Shown here one piece after another: positions 1 through 16,700 of a stretch of 64,000 nt of DNA. Location of the stretch: the NCBI RefSeq assembly GCF_009914755.1, contig NC_060927.1; one strand, written 5' to 3'. Each line of letters starts with the position of its first letter. Within the stretch, counting starts at the first letter, position 1. A model generated the notes under the pieces. The model ran no database searches. It was not told the origin of the DNA and worked only from the letters and a program-made list of their open reading frames with translations. Position numbers and translations under genes: made by a program. This DNA is from the human T2T-CHM13v2.0 reference genome, Homo sapiens.

Positions 1-1278
1 CATTGATTTGCAGAAAGTGTTTGGTTGGGATTTAGCCTGTCGTGTGAGAAAAGGAAGTGTGTGACATTTTAGTGCCATCTATTGGATACTTGGTAAAATG
101 ACTTTTAAAGCTTCTTTTACTTTTTGAAATAAGGATCTTTTGAAAAAAGCTTCTGAAATTGTCTAAGAACTTAAACTCGTTTTATCATTGCTGGTATTGC
201 TATGTAAACACATACCCCCCTCCCAAAGCAGTATTAATATTAAACAACACATAAAATATTAATAATTGGCTACAATTTAACTTACATTTCTAAAGAAAAT
301 TAGCCAAAGCATTCAGTGTACATGTTGTTAAACAAGAAGTTTTAAAATATTCATCTGTTAAAACTAATTTTAATTAGTGAGAAAACATTAGGTTTTAATG
401 TGGGAAAGAATTTTAGTAGGAAGAAAAAGCATAATGACTAGACAGTATTTTTCAGTTAAGTACTATTTGAATACCCAAACACTTGTTGAATACCCAAACT
501 GTTGGTGCTATTTTGTATATTTTGAATAATAAATTTTAATGACAGTATCACTATGGGGTGATTAATGAGGAAATAGCTTAGGTGTGTTGTGTGTGTAAGG
601 TTTGAAGAGCCATGAACTAGAAGAGGAGCTAAGGTGAGTTATACCACTAATCTGAAATCCACGATAATACTGGGTTTCACGGACAGACAATTGAGAAACT
701 AATACTGTTTGTTATACATGTGGAAAATGCTTAAACATTTTTAAAGTAGAGTTAGTTTTGTGTATTAGCTATAGATTTCTAATGGTTGTCTTTATAGGAA
801 TGAAACAAAAGATGTATAAGCTTATTGTTTCATACTTAGTAACGCTGTTGGTGTGCTTTGTACTTCCCCATTTAAAAGGATTCTTCATTTTGACATTGTA
901 CTTCACTCTGAGTAGATTTTCAAAAGCAAAAAAGTATTCTTCCTCAGAAACCCAGAGGAATTTCTAGTTGCTTCTGAATGTTTGGAATATCAGGCAAACA
1001 TTTAATCTTTTATTCTGTGCCTTGTCTTTTGGTAGAACAGTTTTCTCACTTTTAGGTTTGGATTCGATTTTAGGTTTGAGACAAAAGATTGATTCTTGGA
1101 CTCTCAAATTTATCTAAAAACATTTGTTCTCATATGAATAACATGCACTTTAAGCACTTTCAGAATTTTTTGCACATCTTATACTTTGAACATAAGAATA
1201 GTATTGACACAAAGAATATGAGAACCAAATGTAGTTTATCCAGTTAGAAAATAAACAACTATAATTTTGTAAAATACG

Positions 1279-1370
1279 TGTGGTACAATGGAAAGGACAT
1301 GAGATTTGAAGTTAGAGAGACTGAGTTTGAGTCCTGGCATTTTAACTCACTAACTACTATACCTTGTGGT
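1279..1370 (+). mobile_element. MIR fragment
   Basis: gtgtggtacaatggaaagg...gagactgagtttgagtcctggc..actaac, the MIR core. Confidence 0.6.
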
Positions 1371-2029
1371 GGAAGAAAATTCTGTATCACACTGCCTATA
1401 AAAAATGAAGACCTTTGTGAATGTTAACTATTAATTTGAGGCTTTGTAATTCTTTTCATTAAAGAGAATAAATAGATTGGTATGGCAGACACTGAAGTCT
1501 GAAGATTTGTTTGTATTTGTTAGCTGCGTTTGTCGTACCTCGTGCTCATAACTTTGCTGTTCTGTTCAGCTTGTAATTCTTATGAATGCTAATAGCTACA
1601 TGAGCTCAAAACTTTATAAAATGATTTTAGTTCCAACTTATATCAGTTTTGTATTTACTGTGGTCAAGGAAAAATTGAGGTATAGTGAAATTATTTGGTA
1701 AAGTTAAATAAAAGTTGTGTATATTTTAAGTTGGATTAAACTTAGATTATATATGAAATTGCAATAATGGAGCAGAACCACATTTAAAATATTTGTAGTT
1801 TTGTTTGAACATTTTAAAGAAACCTTTGAGTGCAGAAGAATACTTGAGGAAAAATACATATATTAAATAACCCCCAACTTGATTATTATTTGTGTTACCT
1901 CTCTTGTAAACTTAAAAATCAAATTATCAGGATTTAGAATTTTCTATTATATAAAAATTTTTTCCTCAGTTTTGAAGCTTTCTGTTGATTTTGGGTGTTC
2001 TAAGTTGCTTTTTTTTTAAAAAAGAATTT

Positions 2030-2300
2030 CTGTTGGTAAATAGTAGGTTTACATATTTATGGGGTACATGAGATATTTTGATAGAGCCATACAATGCATT
2101 ATAATCACATCAGGGTAAATGGGTTATCCATCACCTCAAGCGTTTCTTTATGCTTTGTGTTACAAACAGTACACTTATACTCTTAGTTATTTTAAAATGT
2201 ACGATAAATTATTGTAGTCAACCTGTTGTGCTATCAAATACTAGATCTTATTCATTCTAACTATATTTTTGTACCCGTTAACCATTCCCCCCTCCCTCCC
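2030..2300 (-). mobile_element. L1MA-type 3' end
   Basis: acatatttatggggtacatgagatattttga...tccatcacctcaag...ctagatcttattcattcta. Confidence 0.8.
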
Positions 2301-2538
2301 CCCCCACCTTTATTGCTTTTTAAAGGAAGGGAGAATGGTTTTTTTGTTAAATAGAAAGGTATGCTTATTTTATTGTCTTTTTTTAAATGACTCATCCATT
2401 TATTTCCCTATTATAGCATTTTCTTTTGTAGCTTAATACATGGGTGACTAGATACAGCTTTACCTAGCAAAAGAAATAATGTTCCTCGTTTTCTTGATTA
2501 TCAGTGATCTCACACTGTAAAATTATATTTTTTTGCAG

Positions 2539-2632
2539 TATCCCTTTTACTATTCAGCGACTATGTGAATTGTTAACAGATCCAAGGAGAAACTATACAG
2601 GAACAGACAAATTTCTCAGAGGAGTAGAAAAG
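2539..2632 (+). CDS. PPP4R2: PPP4R2 coding exon (probably exon 4): ...[31 protein letters not shown]
   Basis: ttttgcag acceptor and gtattt donor. The translation is the conserved PP4R2 domain motif [11 protein letters not shown]. Confidence 0.95.
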
Positions 2633-3158
2633 GTATTTATTTTATTATTGGAATTATATTATGCTGTGGTGTAATAGCTTTTATTTTAGAAAAGAACATT
2701 GAGTAAGATCTGTTTCGGGTACCACTTCTTGAAATATGTTTTTCAGCCTACCTTGAGTTTCCCAAATTGTTTTCCAAATTGCATTCTGTTTTACAGAGAG
2801 ATTTAATAGGACCGGGTAGAGGAGGGTTTGTGTGTTGGTCATTGAAGTTTGGTGAAAGCAGCTTATTATTTCTTGGAAATTCATAGTGTATATCAACTTA
2901 TTAAAGGTTCTGTGAAGTTATAATTGCTATTTTAACTTTATAGAGTGTTTTATAAACTTACACATGGAATTCATTTTCTCAATTCTGGAGTTCAAAGGTA
3001 CATAACTTTGGAAACTTATTGGTGCCAAGCATGTAAATGAGGTATTGAGTAGAAAGATGCAGGTCAGATTTAGAGATAAACATTAGTGTTTGTGTGTGGA
3101 GGGGGTTGAGGGAGTGTTAGAATAAGGGAAGGGTATTCTGAATAAAGGAAATGGTGTG

Positions 3159-3477
<319 letters not shown>

Positions 3478-4516
3478 TCAAGGTGTTTAAGGGAATGAAA
3501 AGTAAGAAATTGACTTGTCTTGAGTGAAAAATGAAGGAAGCCCTGTGAGAACCAAGATTGGACTAATGAGTTCTAATTTTCAGTTGATGATTGGTCCGGA
3601 AACACTCCCCTGTTCATTTAAGGATCTGGTTCAAATCCACTTTATTTTACCCTGGGAACAGGAATCAAAAACCATTACATAGTGATTTACAGTAGTTTTT
3701 GTGGCCATACTGGATTAATATATTTTGTTGATCCTCTGTACACTCAATTGAATAATATCCCCAAAGGCCAGGAAACTGAGATGGCTCATCAGTACTTACT
3801 TTTCAGCTCCAGGAGTTGTAATAATTACATTTTGGAGATTTTCAGATAAAGTAGCAATATGTTACAGTAGTCATACCAGGTGCCCTGCCTTTAAATCAGG
3901 GTTGCAGTGTTTCATAGTTGTGTGACCTTGGGCCAGTTAGTTTTCTCCTCTGTAAAATGTGGTTAATAATAGGGCTGGGAGGGGGATTAAATGCAAAACA
4001 CTTACTGTGACTCATACTAAACTTTCAGTGAACACTGAATATTAGTAAAGTTATTTTTACTGGGAAGATCATAAATATATTACAAAAAAGGTTTTTTCTG
4101 TGGGATATATGATGCAACACAACAAGCCGTGGATTGGGTGTTGCTTTGTAAGGAAAATCAATTACATATGTCTTAAGTACTTCAATCTCTCAACATCTTT
4201 GTTGATTCCATCTGAGCTTAGTTACTCTACTACGTATAGTGTATGATGTTACGGGTCTAGAATAACTAGATTAGGGTAAAAAATAAGTATAGGAAAAAAA
4301 AAATTAGTGGCTGAGTAGGATATTCTCTTTTGGTCCTTTGTTATTGTTTTAGTTTTTGCTGTTTCACCAGTTTTCATTTTTAACCATTTTCCTTTACTAG
4401 CAAAATTAGAATCAATGGAAATTTAACCCACCAGAGTGATTTTAGAAACAAAAATGATGAAACTTTATGTTGTAGTACTTTTCTTCATACTAAATCACTG
4501 ATTTTTGTTATTGCAG

Positions 4517-4554
4517 AATGTGATGGTTGTTAGCTGTGTTTATCCTTCTTCAGA
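4517..4554 (+). CDS. PPP4R2: PPP4R2 38-bp coding exon: NVMVVSCVYPSSE
   Basis: ttgcag acceptor and gtaagt donor. Phase continues from the previous exon. Confidence 0.93.
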
Positions 4555-4977
4555 GTAAGTATATTTTTTCTATTTCTAGTATATTATTTACTATATTTAA
4601 TCATTTTATTGCTTCTAATATATTATTCTTAAAATAGACTGAATTTATTTAATATGTAATTAAGTGTGATAACATACTTGTGAACCTACCATTCAGTCCC
4701 CAAAGTAGAATATTACTAATAACATTATCTATATGTTTTTTCCATTAAAGAGATTTGGATTAAAGAGATTGGTGATTTACTGTAATTTTAATATTGTTGG
4801 ATTTACATACTGTGGTGGCACTCATTGCCCTGAGATGCCATTCTAGATGCCTTTCCAGGGTGTCTCTAGGGCATAATTCCCATGTTTGGAATAACTACTT
4901 GATGGCTTTTCTCTTTATGATGGAAAATATTTCCAGTTGTCAAGATTTAGATATAGCAAAGTAAGAATTAAATTTGG

Positions 4978-5197
4978 ATACAATTTCTCAACCTTGGAAC
5001 TATGGACATTTTGTACCAGATAATTCTGTTGTGAGTGGGTGTCCTGGGGATTATAAGAGGTTTAGCACTGTCCTTGACCTCTACCCACTTATGCCAGTAG
5101 TGTTCCCCTCTCCAAATATCTTTAGACATTGCCAAATGTCTCTTGGAGATGTGAAAGGCAGGGAGGGGAGGTTGTCCCCTGCTGAGAACCATTGGTT
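4978..5197. mobile_element. MER20 (hAT-Charlie) DNA transposon
   Basis: ttctcaaccttgg..ctatggacatttt...ctctacccact.atgccagtag...gacattgccaaatgtc...tgagaacca. Confidence 0.8.
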
Positions 5198-5221
5198 TAA
5201 GGTTAATCTGGCTCTGCTTTC

Positions 5222-5357
5222 ATAGACTACTCTGTTACCCAGGCTGGAGTGCGGTGATGAGTGATCATAGCTCACTGCAGCCTTAAACTCTAGTGATCCT
5301 CCCGCCTTGGCCTTCCAAAGTGCTGAGATTACAGATGTGAACCACCACACCCAGCCC
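5222..5357 (-). mobile_element. Alu monomer (FLAM/AluJ-like)
   Basis: cccaggctggagtgc...ccaaagtgctgagattacag. Confidence 0.8.
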
Positions 5358-5566
5358 AGTCAATTTGTTTTTAGAATGTTCCCAAGAATATAGTTGTGTT
5401 GCTAAATAAGATACTAAAATAATCCCATACTATATTTCTTGACAGAAAAACTATTAAAATGTATACATGATAAAAATTTCTTTTATGAAGCAAAATATGT
5501 TTTGTTTTGCTCATGAACGTGAGGTATTTTGGAAAAATGGTAAAGAAGTGCAGAGTCAAGTCATAG

Positions 5567-6760
<1,194 letters not shown>

Positions 6761-6837
6761 GGGTGGAATCATAGATCCATGCACTCCTAACATGAACTAA
6801 TTCTCATTATTTAAAAAAAAAAAAAAAAAAAAAAGAA

Positions 6838-7138
<301 letters not shown>

Positions 7139-7169
7139 TCATCCACAAGTGTATTTTCTTTTCTTATAG

Positions 7170-7244
7170 GAAAAACAATTCCAATAGTTTAAATCGAATG
7201 AATGGTGTTATGTTTCCTGGAAATTCACCAAGCTATACTGAGAG
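7170..7244 (+). CDS. PPP4R2: PPP4R2 coding exon: [25 protein letters not shown]
   Basis: Polypyrimidine tract, tatag acceptor and gtgaga donor. Phase is compatible. Confidence 0.93.
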
Positions 7245-7500
7245 GTGAGATTCTAGATTTTTAATAACCTACAGAGTTTGCATTGTCCTGATTTTGAGTA
7301 GCAGGCTTAGTGTACTTTTTTAAAATTGGGCATTTTATGGACACCATAGGATGAACTACATAGAATTAGTTAATTTGGTAAGGCATGGGCCTGAAAACAA
7401 AGTTGCAGCAAATACTTCTGTGATGTATTCACATCAACATACCTTAAGAGGGATGACTTTTTATAAAAATAGGAAATGATGTTCATTTATCTTATTATAG

Positions 7501-7644
7501 GTCTAATATAAATGGGCCTGGGACACCCAGGCCACTTAATCGACCAAAGGTTTCTTTGTCAGCCCCCATGACAACAAATGGGTTGCCTGAGAGCACAGAC
7601 AGCAAAGAGGCAAATTTGCAGCAAAATGAGGAGAAAAATCACAG
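7501..7644 (+). CDS. PPP4R2: PPP4R2 coding exon: [48 protein letters not shown]
   Basis: tatag acceptor and gtttgt donor. Open in phase. Confidence 0.93.
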
Positions 7645-8349
7645 GTTTGTATGTTTTATATTTAAAAACAGTGTTTTTATTAAAAGTTAAAGTTAACATT
7701 TAATCAGTACTTATCACTTACTATTTATAAGTTCTGAGGGACAGAACAAGGTTTTCATGCGGTTTATAGGAGCACTGGCTTCTCTTTGCAGCTGTAGCAA
7801 ATGTTGAAGGTGGACATAGACAAGACTTAAAACTGCTAATTTGTGGAGACTGTTTATGTAGGGTCTAAAAGTAAGGTAGATATGATGATCCATTTCATTT
7901 GTTGTTTCTGAAAGTTACTTGAAAAGAAATGATCTTTATAAATAAGTTGATTTTTGTGAGTCGTTTCTCATTGTAGTTCATAAAAGGACACCTTTTGTTT
8001 ATATCTTCAAATTTTCTGTATCACATTAAGGGAAGGAAGACTAAATGAGGGAGAGGACTTAAGAGAGTATGTCCGTATGGAAGACTTGCGGGTTTATTGT
8101 AGGAGAATATTTAACTTACTGGAGAATTGCACAGAAAGGTCATATAGCTTTTCTGAGTCCTACTGGGAATTATTCATCAAACAGTTTAGTTTACCTTGAA
8201 ATTATTCTCTTGTGTTTTTCTTTGTTCAGGTGTTATAATTTAACTTTGACACTGAAATACAATTTAAAACATTATTTAACCTTAAAAATGGGGATGTAGA
8301 AGATGGGGAAAATAATCTTATTAATGACACTTTAAAAAAACATTTACAG

Positions 8350-8639
8350 TGACTCTTCGACCTCTGAATCAGAAGTTTCCTCAGTGAGCCCTTTGAAAAA
8401 TAAACATCCAGATGAAGATGCTGTGGAAGCTGAGGGGCATGAGGTAAAAAGACTCAGGTTTGACAAAGAAGGTGAAGTCAGAGAAACAGCCAGTCAAACG
8501 ACTTCCAGCGAAATTTCTTCAGTTATGGTAGGAGAAACAGAAGCATCATCTTCATCTCAGGATAAAGACAAAGATAGCCGTTGTACCCGGCAGCACTGTA
8601 CAGAAGAGGATGAAGAAGAGGATGAAGAGGAAGAAGAAG
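8350..8639 (+). CDS. PPP4R2: PPP4R2 penultimate coding exon (acidic region DSSTSESE...[12 protein letters not shown])
   Basis: tacag acceptor and gtattt donor. Overlaps track ORF 8384..8647. Confidence 0.95.
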
Positions 8640-8894
8640 GTATTTAGAGACCATCTGTAAAAGGGTGGAGTAAGGAGATCCTCAAATTCTTGTACTTCAT
8701 TTTTTTCGTGAAAGAATTTTACGTAATGGAACTCCTTATAATGCTGATGTTGGGCTTTTCTCCCACCTGTATGTAGTTGCTGCTGAATTTCAGGGGATGT
8801 GATTTGAACTATAGAATATCAGAATTCATGAAACTTAACTGTGGAGGTATTTTGAAAATACAATTTAACTACAACAACATTTGCTTATTTTTAG

Positions 8895-9220
8895 AGTCTT
8901 TTATGACATCAAGAGAAATGATCCCAGAAAGAAAAAATCAAGAAAAAGAATCTGATGATGCCTTAACTGTGAATGAAGAGACTTCTGAGGAAAATAATCA
9001 AATGGAGGAATCTGATGTGTCTCAAGCTGAGAAAGATTTGCTACATTCTGAAGGTAGTGAAAACGAAGGCCCTGTAAGTAGTAGTTCTTCTGACTGCCGT
9101 GAAACAGAAGAATTAGTAGGATCCAATTCCAGTAAAACTGGAGAGATTCTTTCAGAATCATCCATGGAAAATGATGACGAAGCCACAGAAGTCACCGATG
9201 AACCAATGGAACAAGACTAA
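8895..9220 (+). CDS. PPP4R2: PPP4R2 last coding exon ending ...[11 protein letters not shown]
   Basis: tttttag acceptor and TAA stop at 9218-9220. Matches the PPP4R2 C-terminus as I recall it. Confidence 0.95.
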
Positions 9221-9730
9221 CTATTTAGAAACATTTAGATGCAGTATTTTACATACAGTTCTGGTTTTAACACTGTATAAAACTTTTGTGTAATAAAATG
9301 GACCTTTAGTTTTACAAGAGAAGCAGGTTGTAAAATAAAGTACTTTATGGATAATTCCTGAAAGAGTTGTACATGTAAGAACTGTGAATATCAGCTCCTC
9401 TGGGTCCTGCTTACCTTACCGCTGACTTTTCTTTCTTTCTTTTTTTGGTCTGGGCAAATCAGTGGTTTGTGTATAGATTTTTTTTTTTTTTTTAATTTAG
9501 GATTGAAGTTTTTAAACTGGAAGGTAATTACAATTTTGAAAAGTTTTTTGAGATTATCACATTTAGTTTATACATATGCAAGAAGCTTTTTGTCTTGTCT
9601 CTTTCTGATAGCTCTAGCAGTTTTCATATTTTGGTCATAGTTTCAACATTTTAACATGTGAATTATAGGGTTTCATGCTGGTTTCCAGATTTTATTGTTT
9701 GGCTACGTACAATGGAACTTTAAGTCATAT

Positions 9731-9770
<40 letters not shown>

Positions 9771-12710
9771 CTAAGGGGGGAAATGTTATATTTTTCTGTT
9801 TCTATAAGAGATGAATACAGTGGATACTTTTTCTATTGGTAATGATTGAGTTCACCTCTTTCAGAAGACATTTTCTTTCTCTTCTGAGTAATTGAAATAA
9901 AATCTGGCCCTTGTGAAACCCTGGAAATCTTAAGTCTGTTGAAATACCAGGTTAAACACATTCCAAGAGATCTGTTCAAACTCAAATTCTTTTGTATACT
10001 TCTGAGGTGCCTGAGAAAAAGACTTCATTATTTATGAGAAAATATGCTTTATCTTGGAAATTGTGTTCAAATGTTAGCTTACTATTTTGTAGAATGAATG
10101 TTTATGAAGCTGATATGAGACCATCTCAGAAGAACCAAGCAGGTTCCTTGACCTTTTGCTTGCTTTTCTGAACATTGTGAATATTACACATGTCTTTCTA
10201 AATTATTCTAGGGTATGCAAATGTCAATGGTATGAAACACCACTGTACTGGAAGAATTAATATATTACTTTAGTATGTACCTGAGCTAAATGACTGAAGC
10301 TTTAGGGGTGCATAGAAACCACCATAATTTGTATGACATTTTGAAGTGAATTAAATATTTTTGAACATGCTTCTTCGACAGCCAGTGTTATATTTTTCAG
10401 ATCAACACAAAGCACAATGATTACTCGAAATTCAGTATTTTCAAATTTACATATTTAAAGTCATGCAAGCTGTAACTTCCCTGTCAAAATTACTGGCTGC
10501 CAAATTTATACCTGTTTCTTCAGCTGTACCTTTTGATATTTAAAGTTTTTAAATTTCTGTAAAGTAGATTTTGTAGAATGTAATGTGTTCACTGCCTTTG
10601 TGAAGCGGTATATAATTGTATAATTTCTGTGTGTAAACTGAATGCTTGGGCTTTCAATACAGTATTCATATAAAGCAATAAATATTAATGTTATGAAATA
10701 TTTGACTACATTTTTATCAAAATATGAAAGAATCCCCCCTTTTTTAGTTTCAGATACCTGAACTACACAGATGAGCTTCTAAAACTGATGGAAACAGTTT
10801 CTGACACTGTATAATATGCTTTTGGGTGATTTGGGGGGCAACCACAAGTTTTGCGTTTTGACTACTTAAATCATCATGGCTATAAATACCAAAACGATTT
10901 GGATCCATTTATGTTTGTAGGATAATATACTACTGACTGACTTGACTGTCAGGTTCACAACAGCTAGATGATATATTTATGACTATGTCTAATAGTTGAA
11001 ATAAAATCTGAATATTGATTTACTATACCCAAGAGGGGAGAAAAATTAACCATTGTAAATTTTTAAAAATTTTTTCAAAAATGTTAAAATGAGGCAAATT
11101 TAAGTTTACAAATTTTGAAATTTTCTTTTGAATATTTATGAAATTGTCAGTAAACTTACCTAAGATCCTGTGACCTTTTGATATTTTTTATTTTAATTGT
11201 AGTGCCATGGACCATTTGTAAACAAATTGATTTACTTTTGTTGGTTGTAAGTTGAAGATTTAGCATTATGACTTTGAGGTCTGTGGTTTTATTTGTAAAC
11301 TTGCAATTGCTATATTTGCAAGGGCAAATGTATTTCTTTATTAAATAAAGTACAATAATGGTGAATGTACCAAAATGACATCACTTAACTCTATGAGAGA
11401 TCTGCATTTTAATCTATAGTTTAATAGTTTTAATATTTATTAGATATTCATATGTTGATCATAGATCAAACTTGTTGCTGTTTATACAGATAATTGTAGA
11501 ATGCTCATGGAATATCTTTAGGGTAGGTGGAATACTTCTGTAGTTAAATTGGGAAACCTTGTTCAGCTGGTTTTAGATATTGATGGCCATTTGGAAGTAA
11601 ATTTCCGCAGGTATTCATAGGTGCACTTAACACAGACTTTGCTTAATGAAAATGTCAGTTCTAATAGTAACTGATTCACTTCTGAACAGAAGTGATTTTA
11701 GGCATATTTCTTAACATATATCAAGCAAAGTCCTGTTAAAAGATCTAAATGAAGAATGGAGACCTCAGTGATTAAAGATATTTTGTTTCTGACCTTGAGC
11801 AGATTGCTTACCTGTTCTCTAGACTATAACCCAACATGTAAAAAAAATTTGAAGATGGTGATGAGGAAAGTGAGATATATATATATATATGTATTATGTT
11901 TCTAGCACTTTTCCCTTTTAAAAAGTGAAAATATCCTTGTACATTTTTGAAAAATATATTTTCAGTTCTGAAAAATGTAGCAGAAGTAGTGAAAATGTCA
12001 TATTTTAAATGTTGATTATTAGATAAATTTAACCTGCTTAGGGTTTATTGTAACTACACCTTTCAGACGTGTGTTTTGGAGTAGTGGAATTGCCAGCCAG
12101 GCCCTGTGGCTTGGAAAGGCATCCCAGAAATCCTCGGCCAGAAGGTGTGGCTTGTTAAAGCATTGAGATTCAGAGTATTTTGTTTTGCTGGTGTAGATAG
12201 GCATGTATTTATGCATTTTTGCATTTGTAAAATCAACTTTTCAAATAATGTAAATGTAATATACTAGTTTACTTAAAGGTACTTGGGCAGAATCTAAAGC
12301 TGCTACAATGTTTGATTATGAAAAAAATGTAACATGGTAAGGATGAAAATGCAACTTACAAAACCAAAGGAATTAAAAATTTTCGGTAGTGTTTCAAATT
12401 GTCTTCTGAACAGGAATTTAACATTGGTTTTGATGAAGTGAGGGTCAGTTCTCAAGATTTGTGCTAATCATAAAATGAATGAATGCAAAACACCTTGTAA
12501 TTTCATATGGAATTATAAAAATTAGGTTTGCTGGGTTTTGGCCTAATAAGAGTGCTAGTATGTATTGGTTAGAATACATCTTACTATTTCACATTTTAAA
12601 AATCAGTACACTCTTCAGGATTTTCTTTTATTTCAACTTGGAGCCTAGATTACTTTGCCAAATGTATTATTTTCATAATGCAATAAAATATAAATTAGAA
12701 TATTTCTATG
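9221..12710 (+). other. PPP4R2: PPP4R2 3' UTR with several candidate poly(A) signals
   Basis: AT-rich 3.5 kb with no recognisable interspersed repeat. AATAAA at 9292, 9334, 9896, 10677, 11000, 11344 and 12682; the last is followed by GU/U-rich sequence. The 3' end is approximate. Confidence 0.7.
9727..9767. repeat. (AT)n microsatellite in the PPP4R2 3' UTR
   Basis: Visible AT dinucleotide run. Confidence 0.9.
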
Positions 12711-13014
12711 TGTGTAATTATTTTATGTGCCATAATGGTTTATTTGCCCTGCTGCCACTCCGACTCCCCCCCAACCCCCCCCGACCCTGCGCCACCACCC
12801 ACCTCAAATCCTTAACTGAGGAAACTCAATGTGTGACTTTGTTACAGCCCTGTTTCTTACATGGTGACAAAGTGTTCCAGCAGGACTTGACAGTTGTGGT
12901 TCTTTGCCAGGCAAGTCATGCTGATTGTCAACAAAATCCAGATTTAAATAAGTCTCCACTGGTATAATTTGGCACTAGCTTACATGTATATATTTACAAT
13001 ATTTGTGTTAATCA

Positions 13015-13738
<724 letters not shown>

Positions 13739-16700
13739 CTCTAGGCATATTATCGCACAGTAGCTACAGTAGAGGGTAAGATCTGTGGCTCTGAACTAAG
13801 GAGAGTACTAGTCGGTGTGTTTCTAACCTTAAGAATGTCTTAGTTTTCAGCCTCTCATATTTGATCTCTTACCCCCACTTAATTTTGTTTACTAAATAGT
13901 ATAACTAGTACATAGTTCAGGGCTAATGATGGGAAGACTGATTTTTCCACTGGCTAGGAATAAACTGCGTGAACTCTTCCCTATTTAAAATGAAGAGTAT
14001 GCAATTCCCTTTTATTCTTCAGAACGTTTTAAGTTTAAACTTTAGCAGTAGTTTGTCATCTTTAGGTTTTGTTTGTACATTTTCAGAGTTTTTCTTCCCA
14101 TAACTAAAAGTAATGAATATTCCAAAATGCCAGCAATTCCCTGTATACTAGTCTGCCATCTCCACTGTTTTACTCATCTTTGTAACCTCACAGGCTAGCC
14201 CCATGCTTGACAAGTGATAACAAAATTGAAAGCAAGTGGTAGGTCCACAGCCCACTTTAGATTCCTATGTTTTACCGATTCTGTGTCTACTTTGCCCACT
14301 TCAAGTGTGCTAAGGTCACCCCTGCAACTTTGCTACTAGGTTTGTGGGATTGGGAGCAGTACATTCTGTTGAATGCCCTTGCCAGGAAATCAGTGGGCAG
14401 TTGGATGGTATCACCAGAAAGTGAGCATCTTAACAAAGGAAATTTCCGTGAATGAGACCAGCTACCCCCTGCCTATAGAAAGCACAATAGCACACCCGCC
14501 TCTTATAGGGGATAGGTGCTGCTACAGGAGGATATATCATTAAATTACCCAAGTCCTGCTTTAGACATGGTATAATGGGACTTGATATTCAGTAATACTT
14601 GCAGCAAGAAATTTTTGCAGTTGAGTAGGCTTGTGAGACTTTTGATGCTGCCTATAATCGCTGAGAATTTGAAAGATAAATATGGGTTCAGTATTCTGTC
14701 TTCATTTTGGATGATAACTGTTTTTCTTTGCATTTCATGCAATGCTACAGAGTGGAAGGGTAAGCTTAGTTGGTGACTAACAATTCCCATGTGTATTTAA
14801 GAATGCATGCAGTTTCCCACTTTCAACCTGAAAACGTTACTTGATTGGAATTCAGAATACAGTTTCTCATGTAAATTATTTAAAATGTGGCTAACTTTGA
14901 GGCTATTATACAAGAAGCTGTTTAGGCCTTAATGTTGAGTGTATTACTGTGGTTAAATGTAGCAATTGTAACATTTCTATTGAAATATGTGGGTCAGTTT
15001 CCACTGTGGGTTTGTCGAAAATGCCTCTCCCACAGCTTTGGCAGTGCAAGTAAAGACTGAAGGTGGAAGTGTGTTAAGATCCAGCATCTCGCCAAATATG
15101 TCAGTTATTTTAAAGTCAGGGATTTAGCATAAACTAAATATATCTCAATATTGGGTGATTCAAACTGCAATAGAATTTGCAGTGTCTTGGGATCATTATG
15201 ATGGTGGTGTTTTGAATATTAGAAGTGTATCCAGATATAGGAGGTAAGGAATATTTTCCAGTATATTTCATAAGTTCCCTCTAAAAAACAACAGCACAGA
15301 AAGATTTCCAGGTGTTTTGAGTATTCATTTGGAATTTCATGAAATGATGACTATCAGATTTCACTTATCCCAACAAAGGGAGTTAAGAAGAGGTAGACAA
15401 AACATACAGATGGAGAAAAGCATGTCTGTTGTTAGGTAGCAACTTTCATGAATTGTGTATTTGGGGGGCTAAAAAGAGTAGATTTAGTCCAATTTCATAT
15501 TTGAGGAATTCAATCACCCTGAAGAAAATAAGCAATGCAAGATTTTAACAAATTGGTGTGTGACTTGCATAGGTGCACAGGAGAACCATATTGGTGCAGC
15601 TGTGGCAGTCTGGGAAGGCTTCTCAGTTGAGGCAGGTTCTGCTTGGCCTTAGGTGAGCAGGACCATCAGGTAGCATGGTGTAATGGGCAGAGGAGAGTGG
15701 CATGGGAGTTGCACGATATGGGTTAAGTCACAACTTCACCATTCCCAGCTGAGGCATTTTGTGTAAGTTACAATATTTCTTTGAGCCTAGTTTTCTCATC
15801 TGGAAAATGGGTATAGTTATATCTACCTGGTAGGATTGTTGGAAACATTAAGTGACTATGGGTATAAACTACATCTGGTCCAGCACCTGATGTTTCTTTT
15901 AAGGGAGAAAGGAGAAACATGAAGGGAAGAGGGGAAGATACTGGTTGTCCCTGGGGAAGACAACAGTTTTTTTGGAATCAAAGTTGAGATTTCAATCCTG
16001 GTCAATGCTAGGATAATAATAGCAAGCACTAATTGAACACTTACTTTATGCATGACATTATCCTTAGCACATATCACGTATTACCTAATTTAACCATACT
16101 ATCAACCCTGTGAGGTGCTTAATCTTATGCCCATTTTATGGATGAGATAAGGTGAAGAAAGGCAACTTGCCCAGGGACCCTTTAAAAGTGGAGGGTCAGA
16201 ATGAGAATCAGTGGCTCTGCCTCCAAAGCCCAGTGGTTGTTATCCATTATGCTTAGGTGCTGGCTAGTCTTGGAGGACTTGTAGAATTAGGGGGAGGGTG
16301 ACCCTGAGGAGGTGAACCGCAGAGAGGAAGCCATGCCTGGTGGCTGAAGATTCTCAGAGCCACTTCCAGTTAGTTGCCCACATTCAGAACATCAAAAAGC
16401 TTCCTCATCATTCACAACAAACCCAAGCTCTTGGTTTCACATTCCATGTATTTCACCATCTGTTTTCACCTGATCCTTCTAAATGGATCACCCATGATTT
16501 TCCAGCTAGACATTTTGAATGCATTATCTATTTTAAAAATAAAATTTAAAAATTATTTAAAAATAGGTAATGTTTACACCTGACAAAAATTCAAATAGAA
16601 CAAAATAGTATATACTATTTCCATCCACCTACCCTTGCTTCCAGATCCCTTGGTTACACCCCTCTCCCCCATGCCCCAGGCCAGTCTTAACAGTGGGGCA

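Noticed and set aside
467-499. Short tandem duplication ttgaatacccaaac x2 (similar cases at 24005-24047 and inside the Alu at 37378-37440)
   Set aside because: These are ordinary slippage micro-duplications with no sign of function.
8777-8894. N-terminal extension of ORF 8777..9220
   Set aside because: It is intronic sequence upstream of the acceptor at 8894. The real exon starts at 8895.
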